The position numbers and the translations under genes were made by a program. This document shows positions 18,974-29,700 of a stretch of DNA of 64,000 nucleotides, piece by piece (position 1 is the first letter of the stretch; each line of letters starts with the position of its first letter). Where the stretch lies: assembly GCA_964429995.1 (NCBI GenBank), contig CAYSDY010000001.1, positions 157,777 through 221,776 of the forward strand. Reading direction: 5' to 3'. Under the pieces are notes generated by a model. The model was not told where the DNA came from. It saw only the letters and a list, made by a program, of their open reading frames with translations, and made no database searches. Source of the DNA: an uncultured Methanosarcinales archaeon. Lineage in GTDB: Archaea > Nanobdellota > Nanobdellia > Woesearchaeales > UBA583.

Positions 18974-20866
18974 ATGGTTGATGAATATAAAGCAAGTAGC
19001 ATCAAAATTCTTAAAGGACTAGAAGCTGTAAGAAAAAGACCTGGAATGTATATCGGGGGTACAGGTATAAGAGGGTTGCACCATCTTGTTAAAGAACTGG
19101 TTGATAATGCTGTTGATGAAGCACTTGCAGGTTTTTGCGACAAAATAACTATTACTATACATAAGGATAATTCTGTAACTGTGACTGATAATGGAAGAGG
19201 AATTCCTGTTGATATGCACAAAGAAGGAAAAAGTGCTGCTGAAATAATATTTACCGTATTGCATGCAGGAGGAAAATTTGATAATGAAAGCTATAAGGTT
19301 TCAGGTGGTCTTCATGGAGTTGGTGCATCGGTTGTTAATGCTTTATCTAAGAAAATGGATGTAAAAATTTTCAGAGAAGGTAAAGAATATAGTATAAAAT
19401 TTGAAAATCAGATAGCAGTTCAGCCACTAACTGAAGTAGGGAAAACATCACAAAGAGGAACACATGTAACTTTTATGCCTGATAGTGAAATTTTTGAAAC
19501 AATTGAATTTGATTATGGACTTATGAGATCAAGATATAGAGAATTTGCATTTTTAAACCCAAATATTACAATTGTATTTACTGATGAAAGAAGTAATCAT
19601 GAAGAAGTTTTCCATTATGAAGGAGGCCTTAAGGAATTTGTAAAATTTATGATGGGACCATTAAACCCAATAATTAAAGAAATACCTTATGTTCATGCAG
19701 AAAGAGATGGAGTTGATGTTGAAGTTGCATTAACTTATACTGATAGTTATCAGGAAAGAATAGATGGTTTTGTAAATAACATAGCAACTCCTGGTGGTGG
19801 AACACATATTTCAGGATATAAACTTGCAATGACAAAAGCAATAAAAGATTATATTATGAGAAATGGAAAAGCAGAATACAAAAAAATTGATCTTACTGGA
19901 GAAGATATAAGAGAAGGAGTTATTGCAATTATATCTGTAAAAATATCTGATCCTCAGTTTGAAGGTCAAACAAAAGATAAACTTGGAAATCCTGAGGTGC
20001 AAACAGTTGTATCAAATGTTTTTTATGAAAAATTCTATGAATATCTTGAAGAAAATCCAAAAACTTCTAATACAATAATAACAAAAGCAATAGAAGCAAA
20101 AAAAGCAAGAGAAGCTGCAAAGAAAGCAAGAGATCTTGTCAGAAGAAAAAATGTTCTTGAATTTTCATCACTACCAGGAAAACTTGCAGATTGTTCTAAT
20201 AAAAACCCTGAACTATGTGAATTGTTTATAGTTGAGGGAGATTCTGCTGGAGGTTCTGCAAAACAGGGAAGAGTCAGAGATATTCAGGCCATATTACCAC
20301 TTAAAGGAAAAATACTTAATGTTGAAAAATCAAGGATAAACAAACTTCTTGATAATGATGAAATAAAAACACTTATTAGTGCATTTGGAACTGGTTTTGG
20401 TGATAATTTTGAGATTGAAAAATTAAGATATCACAAAGTAATAATAATGACTGATGCTGATGTTGATGGAGCACATATTGCAACACTGCTTTTAACATTG
20501 TTTTTTAGGCACTTTAAAGAATTAATACTAAAGGGACATATCTATATAGCAATGCCACCCTTATATAAAGTGCAAATAGGAAAAAGAGCTGAATATCTTT
20601 ATAATGATATTCAATTAAATGCATTTAAAGAAGATAACAAAGATAAAAAAATAGATATTCAAAGATATAAAGGTTTAGGAGAAATGAACCCTGAACAATT
20701 ATGGGAAACAACTCTTGATCCTTCAAACAGATATCTTAAAAAAGTTTCCATAGATGATGCAATAGAAGCAGATCAGGTATTCTCGATGCTTATGGGAGAT
20801 AAGGTTGAACCAAGAAAAGAGTTCATAGTTGAAAATGCTGAATTTGTAAAAGATTTAGATATTTAA
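18974..20866 (+). CDS. gyrB: DNA gyrase subunit B
   Basis: RKRPGMYIG, ELVDNAVDE, GGLHGVG, EGDSAGG, PLKGK, MTDADVDG, RYKGLGEM. Confidence 0.96.
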   Translation: MVDEYKASSIKILKGLEAVRKRPGMYIGGTGIRGLHHLVKELVDNAVDEALAGFCDKITITIHKDNSVTVTDNGRGIPVDMHKEGKSAAEIIFTVLHAGGKFDNESYKVSGGLHGVGASVVNALSKKMDVKIFREGKEYSIKFENQIAVQPLTEVGKTSQRGTHVTFMPDSEIFETIEFDYGLMRSRYREFAFLNPNITIVFTDERSNHEEVFHYEGGLKEFVKFMMGPLNPIIKEIPYVHAERDGVDVEVALTYTDSYQERIDGFVNNIATPGGGTHISGYKLAMTKAIKDYIMRNGKAEYKKIDLTGEDIREGVIAIISVKISDPQFEGQTKDKLGNPEVQTVVSNVFYEKFYEYLEENPKTSNTIITKAIEAKKAREAAKKARDLVRRKNVLEFSSLPGKLADCSNKNPELCELFIVEGDSAGGSAKQGRVRDIQAILPLKGKILNVEKSRINKLLDNDEIKTLISAFGTGFGDNFEIEKLRYHKVIIMTDADVDGAHIATLLLTLFFRHFKELILKGHIYIAMPPLYKVQIGKRAEYLYNDIQLNAFKEDNKDKKIDIQRYKGLGEMNPEQLWETTLDPSNRYLKKVSIDDAIEADQVFSMLMGDKVEPRKEFIVENAEFVKDLDI

Positions 20867-20958
20867 AAATTACGTTACATTTTTTAAAACATTATTCTAA
20901 AAAATAACTTGCTTAAGATAAAAATAAAATATATAAAAACAATTGTACAATATATTGT

Positions 20959-22242
20959 ATGGCTCTTGAAATAGATGAGAAAATTATAAGATTTATAATA
21001 TGGACTTTATATTTTGTTGGACTGTATTTTGCACTCTTTTGGCTATCTGTTTTATTTTTTGATAATAATGAAAACAAAAAAATTAAAAAAAAAAATGTTA
21101 AGGAAAGCATTACTATTATTTTACCAATGTATAACGAACAAGATAGTATCAAGGAAACCTTAAAAAGCGTTTTTGATTCAGATTATCCTAAAAACTTGCT
21201 TAAGGTTATATGTGTTAATGATGGATCAACAGATAATACGCTTAAAATACTTAAAGAACTAAATAAAAAATATGATTTTATTCTTATAAACCAGAAAAAT
21301 CAGGGAAAATATATGGCATTAAATAATGCACTTAAGTATGTTGATACTAAATATTTTGCATGTCTTGATGCAGATAGCTTTATAGAAAAAGATTCAATAA
21401 GCAATATTTTAAAAGAATTTGATGAAAAAGATATTGTTGCTGTGACCTCTGTTATGAAAGTTTACAAACCCGAAAATCTTTTACAAAAAGTTCAATGGTT
21501 AGAATATATAATCAACATATATTATAAATACATTATGGGAAAACTTGATTGTATTCATGTAACACCAGGTCCTTTAAGCGTATATGATACAAAGATAATA
21601 AAAGAATTGGGTGGATTTAAAAAAGCTCATCTTACTGAAGATTTGGAAATGGCATTAAGACTTCAAAATAATAATTATAAAATAAAACAATCATTGTCTG
21701 GAACAGTTTACACAAAAACTCCTAAAAAATTAAAAGCTTTCATAAATCAAAGAACAAGATGGTATCATGGAACAGTATTGAATATAAAGGACTATAAACA
21801 CTTCATATTCAATAAAAAATATGAAGATTTTGGAATATTCCATATTCCACTTGTAGGAGTTACTGGATTTCTAAGTGTTTTAGGTGTTTCAACAGCCATT
21901 TATCTTAGTATTAAAAATATATATCATTGGATAAAAAGGATGTATCTTACAAATTTTGACTTTATAACATACATTTCAAATATGTCATTTAATTTTAACA
22001 TACTTGATTATAACTGGAGAACCATCTTTTCTACAATTGTACTTTTAGGACTCACATTCTTTTTGATATATTTATCTTTTATAGAAACAAAAGAAAGAGT
22101 TGGAATTTTGAAAAATATAAAATACTTTTTTACTTTTTTGTATTTTTTTATTATATACCGTTTTATAATAGCTTACATCTGGGTTAAGGTTTTATTGAAA
22201 CTTATTTTTAAAAAAAGCAATAGATGGGATAAAGTAAATTGA
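20959..22242 (+). CDS. GT2 processive-type membrane glycosyltransferase
   Basis: PMYNE, NDGSTD, DAD, TED, QRTRW motifs plus TM helices. Confidence 0.92.
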   Translation: MALEIDEKIIRFIIWTLYFVGLYFALFWLSVLFFDNNENKKIKKKNVKESITIILPMYNEQDSIKETLKSVFDSDYPKNLLKVICVNDGSTDNTLKILKELNKKYDFILINQKNQGKYMALNNALKYVDTKYFACLDADSFIEKDSISNILKEFDEKDIVAVTSVMKVYKPENLLQKVQWLEYIINIYYKYIMGKLDCIHVTPGPLSVYDTKIIKELGGFKKAHLTEDLEMALRLQNNNYKIKQSLSGTVYTKTPKKLKAFINQRTRWYHGTVLNIKDYKHFIFNKKYEDFGIFHIPLVGVTGFLSVLGVSTAIYLSIKNIYHWIKRMYLTNFDFITYISNMSFNFNILDYNWRTIFSTIVLLGLTFFLIYLSFIETKERVGILKNIKYFFTFLYFFIIYRFIIAYIWVKVLLKLIFKKSNRWDKVN

Positions 22243-22298
22243 AAAACCTTTATTTTCCTTTTACTTAACTTTAAAAAACATGATATTTTACCATACTT

Positions 22299-23003
22299 AT
22301 GAGGCAGAAAATTAATTGGTTTAGATACCTTGGAGTTTTTTTGTTGACGATAATTATTTTCATTTTGGGAATTTTTATTGGTGGCAGTATAGAGGATTTA
22401 AGAGTAAAAGACTTGTATACAAAATTACAAGAACAAGATTTGGAATATCAAAATATTGTAACAGAAAACCTGTATATGGAATATCTTGTAGGTCTTAAGG
22501 AAAAGAATGGAAATATCTCTTGTGAAACGCTAAAATCAACATTTCTTCAAAGCATAAACAATCTTGAAAAATCAAGAAATAGGCTTGAAAACTTTATTAA
22601 TACAGCTGAAAGCAATGAAGAAGAATTTTATAGACTAAAAGGACACTACTCTAATCTTCAGATACATTATTGGATACTTACAAAAAAGATAAATTCATTA
22701 TGTGATTTTGATATGGTTCCTGTGTTGTACTTCTATTCGGATGATAAAATATGTAATGAATGTTCTGATCAAGGTATTCATTTAAGTTATGTTAAAAGCA
22801 AACTAAAAGATAATGTTTTAATATATTCGTTTGATAAGGAAAGGATGGATACTCCCTCAAGGCTTATAATAGAGCATTACAATATAACTTTTAAGGAATC
22901 TCCTGTAGTTATAATTGAGGATAAAGTTTATGGTTATATTACAAATGAGCAGATTTTTGATTTGTTATGCAGCAATGGACTCAATGATTCTATATGTTCT
23001 TAA
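22299..23003 (+). CDS. Membrane-anchored protein with C-terminal thioredoxin-like domain
   Basis: N-terminal TM, coiled coil, VLYFYS...CNEC...QG...L. Confidence 0.7.
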   Translation: MRQKINWFRYLGVFLLTIIIFILGIFIGGSIEDLRVKDLYTKLQEQDLEYQNIVTENLYMEYLVGLKEKNGNISCETLKSTFLQSINNLEKSRNRLENFINTAESNEEEFYRLKGHYSNLQIHYWILTKKINSLCDFDMVPVLYFYSDDKICNECSDQGIHLSYVKSKLKDNVLIYSFDKERMDTPSRLIIEHYNITFKESPVVIIEDKVYGYITNEQIFDLLCSNGLNDSICS

Positions 23004-23053
23004 TTATTCAGATAATCAAAATTTTTTTAAATAAACATTTCTTTTAAATATCA

Positions 23054-23183
23054 GATTAGGTTGTATATAAATACTAAACAAATCCAGAACTATATGATTT
23101 AGCATTTTATGAGCATCCATACGAATGATGTTTTCTATGACTAAATAAAAAATAAATGATTGATTCGTTCTGGATACCTAATC
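23054..23183 (+). ncRNA. Candidate structured RNA or bidirectional terminator (long nested inverted repeat)
   Basis: GATTAGGT/ACCTAATC, ATCCAGAAC/GTTCTGGAT, ATTTAG/CTAAAT and GAGCATC/GATGTTT nested pairings. Confidence 0.4.
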
Positions 23184-23202
23184 GACCTTTTATAAAATCA
23201 GT

Positions 23203-25488
23203 TTAATTTGCTTCTTTTTCAAGTATCTTTTTTACGTATTTTTTATACCAATCTTCAAAATCAAAAAAAATTTTTTTAGAATCAAGAAATCCGTACTCAT
23301 TATTTACTTTTTCTGATATCTTATGAAACATATCATTAGCTTCTATTACGTGTTTTGCTTCAAGAATTAAATTACTTTTATATTTTATTGAATAATCAAC
23401 CTGAAGCTTTTTTATATCTGCTCTAAGTGTTATATTATCCCATATAGCATCCCAATTTCCTGCCCATTGTTTTACATTTGAACCAATTGATTTTAAAATA
23501 TCACTTTCTCCATTTATTAAATCATCAGAAATTTTTAACATATCTTCTTTTGCATCATATTTAAATAAATCACAAAATCCATTTTCAAGTAATGGATCTT
23601 CTTCCCAATGCTTTCTTACCTCGGTTATTCTAGTTACTCGTCTGTTTCTGTGAAGTCCATCAGAACTTTTAACTGGGTTAGCAACAATTATAACATCTGT
23701 TGCCTTAAAAGATGTTTTAGGAACCTTTAAATCATTTACAAGTCTATCATAAACACCATAAGGACTATCTCCATGAATTGTACCTGCAACAACATTTGCA
23801 AGTGCACCAACTCTCATAGCTTCATATAATGCTAATGCTTCAGTACTTCTAACCTCTCCTACTATAAGACAAGAATCTCCAAGTCTTAAAGTTGAACGTA
23901 TTCCCATATCAGCACTAAAACCTTCGCTTGAGACAGATAAGGCTGATCTTACATTCATTGCCTGAAGATTGAATCCTAAATCTGCAAGCTGTATGGTTGG
24001 AAGTTCCAAAGTATCCTCTACTGTTATGATTCTGTATTTTCTCATTATTTCTATTATTATTGCAGTAAGAAAAGATGATTTTCCAGATCCTCTTGTTCCT
24101 GCAATAAGCATTGTTCTTGCACCATCTACTATAAAACTTAATAAACCTGCTGCCTGATAAGAAATCATTCCATTTTTAATGAATAAAGGTAATGTCCAAG
24201 GAGTATCCCTGTGTCTTCTAAAAGAAAAACCAAGACCATAAGGGTTTAATGGTTTACCTATAACAGAAACTCTTGCTCTAGCTTTTGGAGTTTCTATTTC
24301 AGTATCAAGTATAGGATTTGATGCATCAAGAGGCTTTCCAGAAATCATTCTAAGTCTTGATGCCCATCCTTCAACTTCATCTTCTTCTGTAATAATGTTT
24401 GTTTTGCAGTCCTCAAAATCACTATGAGTTATAAAAATAGGTGATTTATTTGCAGGCGAATTTATTGATATATCCTGTATTTTTTCATCTTCAAGTAATG
24501 TTTCAACAAGACCAAAACCTATCGTATATTTTATTAGTATATTAGATAACATATCAACTTCTCGTTCTTTAAGTTTTACATTTTTAAACTCTGCAATCTC
24601 TTCTATTAGATCTTTTGATATATTATAAAATACTTCTCTTAATCTTGCTGGCTCAATAAAATCATTCGATTCTGGCTTATGTTCGGCAATAACTTCTTTT
24701 GCAAGATTTAGTACATTGTATTTTTCCTCTGAAAGATTGAATTCATCAGGGATTATGTGATAATAATTATTTGCCTCATTTTCAAGTTCAAATATGGTTA
24801 TTTTGGCATTACTCAAACTGTACGAATCCAATTCTCTTGCTTCCATTGGAATTCTTTTTAAGAGAGTTGTAAAAACAAAATTAGGCTTAACGTTTGCTGA
24901 AAAGAATTTTCTATAAAGACTTCTATCACCAATACTATAACCTGCAATGTTATCTTTTATGGATTTTATTATTGTAAGAGTTTCAAGTTTTGCTATTATG
25001 AATTTTAATGCTACTTCATACTTGTTATCTATTTCGTAACAATTGCTATTGTGATAATTTTTATCAAACTGATAATCTCTTAATTCTCTTCTAAATTTAA
25101 CGTAAGCAGAAATGGGATCTGCTGCTAAATCTTTTATTATAGTATTTTGTAAAAATGAATATCTGTTAAAAAAAAGTTTCATGCATTCCTCATTTTGATT
25201 ATAAATTTTTCCTGCACAAAATAGTTCTTTTTGTTTTGTTAATGAATTGTAGAGTATTGCGAGTTCTCTTAATATTAAAACCTGCTTGTAATCATATTCA
25301 TAGTTTTTATTATGTGTAAATATAATTTTTGTTATGTTGGACATTTGAACTAGTTTTTTTACAACATCACGCATTACAAGTCCATCATCTTCTATGGATG
25401 GGAAATTTTTCCTGCCTAAAAAGTTAATTTTTAAAATTGATTCTACTCCGTGCTTTATTACTTCGTATTCTTTATTGGAGCTAAACAT
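23203..25488 (-). CDS. Type II/IV secretion (VirB11/TadA-like) ATPase with long N-terminal extension
   Basis: GTRGSGKS Walker A, TVEDTLEL, LRLGD..IVGEVRS, GTIHG. Confidence 0.9.
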   Translation of the reverse strand: MFSSNKEYEVIKHGVESILKINFLGRKNFPSIEDDGLVMRDVVKKLVQMSNITKIIFTHNKNYEYDYKQVLILRELAILYNSLTKQKELFCAGKIYNQNEECMKLFFNRYSFLQNTIIKDLAADPISAYVKFRRELRDYQFDKNYHNSNCYEIDNKYEVALKFIIAKLETLTIIKSIKDNIAGYSIGDRSLYRKFFSANVKPNFVFTTLLKRIPMEARELDSYSLSNAKITIFELENEANNYYHIIPDEFNLSEEKYNVLNLAKEVIAEHKPESNDFIEPARLREVFYNISKDLIEEIAEFKNVKLKEREVDMLSNILIKYTIGFGLVETLLEDEKIQDISINSPANKSPIFITHSDFEDCKTNIITEEDEVEGWASRLRMISGKPLDASNPILDTEIETPKARARVSVIGKPLNPYGLGFSFRRHRDTPWTLPLFIKNGMISYQAAGLLSFIVDGARTMLIAGTRGSGKSSFLTAIIIEIMRKYRIITVEDTLELPTIQLADLGFNLQAMNVRSALSVSSEGFSADMGIRSTLRLGDSCLIVGEVRSTEALALYEAMRVGALANVVAGTIHGDSPYGVYDRLVNDLKVPKTSFKATDVIIVANPVKSSDGLHRNRRVTRITEVRKHWEEDPLLENGFCDLFKYDAKEDMLKISDDLINGESDILKSIGSNVKQWAGNWDAIWDNITLRADIKKLQVDYSIKYKSNLILEAKHVIEANDMFHKISEKVNNEYGFLDSKKIFFDFEDWYKKYVKKILEKEAN

Positions 25489-25557
25489 ATTAATCTTCGT
25501 AGATTTTTTTTTAAAAAATAATAGTGTTACTTGAAAGTTTCAAAAAAAAGTTTCCTA

Positions 25558-25719
25558 TTGTTTAGCAGTGTTTTTGATATATTCTTATAGTGTATGCAAA
25601 GATTTATATATGGTTGATTCCAAATAATAATTACTCAATCAAGAAAATCGATTGGGCTTAGGTAGCTTACTAAACAACTTACTTTCCATATCAATGTCAA
25701 AGTTGGTATGGAAATTTTT
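25558..25719 (+). ncRNA. Candidate structured RNA/leader upstream of radA ending in hairpin + T-run
   Basis: Closing stem TTGTTTAG/CTAAACAA enclosing two hairpins, followed by a 13-bp hairpin and TTTTT; G-U pairs favour the plus strand. Confidence 0.5.
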
Positions 25720-25824
25720 CTAACGTATATAATTCTGAATAACAAGGTTTTAATTTTCTACTGATTATAATATAAACAATTATAAATAGATAATATTTTA
25801 GATTATTACAGGGTTAAAATTAAA

Positions 25825-26781
25825 ATGGTTAAAGAAAAAAAAACACTAACTATCGCTGATATTCCAGGAGTGGGTCCATCCACTGTTGAAAAACTTGCTG
25901 CTGCAGGAATTGACTCGCTTTTAGCTATTGCTGTAATATCTATAGGTGTTTTAACAGAAGAAGCTGGAGTATCTGAAGCTGCAGCCAGAAAAATGATACA
26001 GTGTGCAAGAAGTATGCTTGATATGGGATTTGAAACTGCTGATACCATACTTGAGAAAAGGAACAATGTATCAAAAATAACCACAGGAAGTGAAAGTTTT
26101 GACAGTATTTTGGGAGGTGGTGTTGAAACTGGAGCGATCACTGAATTATTTGGAGAATTCGGCTCAGGAAAAACACAAGTTGCACATCAATTAGCAGTAA
26201 ATGTCCAAGTTCCAAATGCTGATAACAAGGTATATAAGGTAATATATATAGACACTGAAAACACTTTTAGGCCTGAAAGAATAATTGATATGGCAAAAAA
26301 ACTTGGTCTAGACCCACAACAGGCTTTAAAAAACATAAAAATAGCAAGGGCTTACAATTCTGATCATCAGATGTTTTTGGCAGAAAAAGCAGAAGAATTA
26401 CTAAAAACAAATGAATACAAACTTATAGTTATTGACTCGCTAATAGCTCATTTTAGGGCAGAATTTATAGGACGTGGCACATTATCAGAAAGACAGCAAA
26501 AACTAAATAAACATATGCATTCACTCTTAAAACTTGCAGATGTATATAACTGTGCTGTTGTTGTTACAAATCAGGTAATGGCAAAGCCTAATGTTTTATT
26601 TGGTGATCCTACACAAGCAATAGGAGGACACATAGTAGGTCATAGTTCAACCTTTAGAATATACTTAAGAAAAGGGAAAAAAGGCTCAAGAGTTGCAAAA
26701 CTTGTCGATAGTCCAAATCTTCCAGACAGCGAGTGCATGTTTTTTGTAAATCAATCTGGTTTATCTGACAAAGAAGAATAA
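25825..26781 (+). CDS. radA: DNA repair and recombination protein RadA
   Basis: N-terminal HhH (IPGVGP), GEFGSGKTQ, YIDTENTFRPER, HFRAEFIGRG, GGHIVGH. Confidence 0.97.
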   Translation: MVKEKKTLTIADIPGVGPSTVEKLAAAGIDSLLAIAVISIGVLTEEAGVSEAAARKMIQCARSMLDMGFETADTILEKRNNVSKITTGSESFDSILGGGVETGAITELFGEFGSGKTQVAHQLAVNVQVPNADNKVYKVIYIDTENTFRPERIIDMAKKLGLDPQQALKNIKIARAYNSDHQMFLAEKAEELLKTNEYKLIVIDSLIAHFRAEFIGRGTLSERQQKLNKHMHSLLKLADVYNCAVVVTNQVMAKPNVLFGDPTQAIGGHIVGHSSTFRIYLRKGKKGSRVAKLVDSPNLPDSECMFFVNQSGLSDKEE

Positions 26782-26787
26782 TGCAGT

Positions 26788-29700
26788 TTATATCATTCCT
26801 TTTTCTTTTAAATCTTTATACTCTATGTATTTTAATCTGACATATATTATTAGATATATAATAAATCCTATCATTGTAAACCAAAATAGCAAATAAAACA
26901 TTTTTTTAAGAAAAGAATTGGTTTTATTATTATCTATTTTTATTTCAACAAATTCTGATTCTTTGTTTTTAACAACTATATAATTATTTTTAAGAGATGT
27001 ATTTATTAAATTTAATGAATCAACTGCAAAATTAATATTAACATTTGTGTATCCATTTTCATATTCATAGGAATAATTTAACATATGTTCCTTAAAATCA
27101 CCAAATGGAATTACTTTAAAATCGTATTCATCAAAATTAGCATTAAGATGCTTTATGCTAAATTTTAAAACATCATCTTTCACTATTATTTTTTCTGGAT
27201 TTGGTATTTCAAATGTTTTATTTTTTTCAAACACATCTATCTTGAATGGAATTTTATATACTACACCATCATCTTTACTACATTCAAAATTTAATGTGTG
27301 AACACCTGTTTCAAGTTGCGGATTAAACAATGATAATTTTGAAAAATTTGAATCAACAATAAATTTTTCTCTTAATGTTGAAAATGGATTTATAAAAAAA
27401 CAAGTCAGATTATCTTCTATATTTCTGCTTTTTAAATAAAAATTAACCATCATGTCGTCATTTGTTATTGCATAATCATTATTTTCAAAAACAAATGCTT
27501 TTTCTCCAAAAATAGTTATAGGAATTTTTAATAATTCGTTTTTGTTATTATCTTTATCACGACTGTTTAAAAAAACATAACCTGTAATGCTTCCAAGAAG
27601 ATCCTTACTTATTGAAATGTTTGATATTGTGCTCTGTAATGTATTTAGATTACCAAGATTCTGTTTATAGTGAAGAAATCCTTCTATGTTTGAAGAAAAT
27701 CCAATTGTTAAATCCTTAAGATTATATATTGATGGGTTTGTAACATTTATAATCATTACATATTCGTAAGTATCAGAATCAATATCTATTGTAACATATG
27801 GCTTATGGTTCTTTTTTGATGCAAGAAATGCAAGACTGTTTGAAGAAATGCTTCCCCAACCATTGTCTGGTTCATTGTAATATATCCACTTTATACCATC
27901 ATCAATGTATTCTTCTATGCCTGCATCATTGCTTTGCAATCCAAGAATTGCCCAACTTGTTTCAAATAAAAAAGATTTTGCATTACCCCATGAACCATCA
28001 TTGTTCTGATTATATTTTAAAAAATTTATTATCTCTTGGTCTTTATTGTATATTAGGAACATCCCTGAATCAATAAACTCATTTTTATCAGAAACCTTTT
28101 TATCATTTATCCCTGTTTTATGTGTAACACTGTTTAAGTATTTCTTAATTTTATCACTATTTTTTATATCATTTCCATAAACTATCAAGGAAATTATTGA
28201 AGCATCATAGTCGCATATATTATCTGTACCAATACAATAATATTTTAAAAAATCACTGTTTATAGAATAATCCATGTTTTTTACATTTATTTTTTCTTCA
28301 TAAACCTGTATCCTATCATAAGCATCATATATTTTTAGAATTATTTTGTCTACATCATTATCACATTTTAATTGAATTTTACTTGATGCCTTATAACCAT
28401 TTATACTAAATCTATCCGTATTTTTTGTGTTGAATACAAAGTGTCTTGGTAACCTTGCATCTATTGACAAATCACATTTTATCTCGTTTGCAATTTTGTT
28501 TGAATTTAACTCTATATCAAACTTATATTTTTCCATATCTGCATTCTGAAGATTAAAATATAATGAATCTGTATTACTTTTATATGATTCATCCTCAATA
28601 TTTCCATAAACATAAAAATATGCATTCTCAACATTTTTATCACATTCTATTGCTACTTTTTCTTTTACTTCTCCTTCAAAAAATAAATTGTTAGCGTTTG
28701 TGTTTTTATTAAATGACACTTTTTTGTTAGTACCGTCTATGTTAATATCGCACTTTATTTCTTCTGTTGTTGTCATATTATTGTCTATTTGAAACTTGTA
28801 TTTTATTGAAGAATATTGATTGTAATATTTATCATTTACTGTAAATTCGTATTTTTTAAAATCCCTAAGGTTTCTATTTTCAATTTTATCTGCAAAATAA
28901 AAAATTGAAATTTCATCAACTTTCCTGTTACATACAACTTCTATTTCTTTTGTGAATTTTGACCTTAAAAAAGTATCAGTAAATTTATCACTGCTATCGT
29001 ATATGATACTTTTTTCCTTATCCTTGTCAACAATTACATTACAATCAATCTCTGTAGGATTTGTAAATGAATCTTTTATATAGACCTCAAAATCATATGT
29101 ATCAGAATTTTTTATTATCTGTTGATTCTCATATTTTAAAGGACTTTCTATTATGTTTTTTTCCATATAAAGCCTTCCATCCTCAATTAACCTAGAACTT
29201 TTATCATAACCTGCTTCTTTAAGATTATAAAGTATATTTGCTGTTTGTGTAAGATTACATTTATCTTTTGGCCAACACTTAAAATCATTATTTCTTAATT
29301 GTTTTAATTTTTCATATATTTGCTGATTTTCATAGTCATAAATGCTTTCTATATTATTTAATACGAAAAGATAATAACTAAGATTTAAAGCGGATAAATC
29401 ATTATAATCATTTTCAAGAACATATTTACTTGCAGAGGATTCCTTTTGTCTTAAAAAACCTCTTCTTATTTCTTTTTCAATGTTATTTTCTTGATATTTC
29501 AATATAAGGTCAAATCTATTGTTTTGGATTTTTGTAAGATCATAATACGAATAAAAACAATTAGGCTCATCTGAAAAATCAAGATATGAAATATTGATGA
29601 ATCCTTCATTCTTTGTACCTTCACTTATAAAAATTTCTGGGTTTTTCATGTTTTCTGATAAACAAAATTTAAAATTTAATTCTTCTTTGGGTAAAAAATG

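Noticed and set aside
25520..25760. RNase P or SRP RNA as the identity of the radA-upstream structure (Pop5 is in the window)
   Set aside because: No convincing GAGGAAAGUCC/ACAGAA..GGCUUA P4 pair or SRP helix-8 motif by eye; needs Infernal to exclude fully
18974..26781. Inteins in gyrB or radA; introns in tRNAs; stop-codon recoding
   Set aside because: Proteins have normal lengths with contiguous motifs, tRNAs are uninterrupted, and genes translate fully in the standard code
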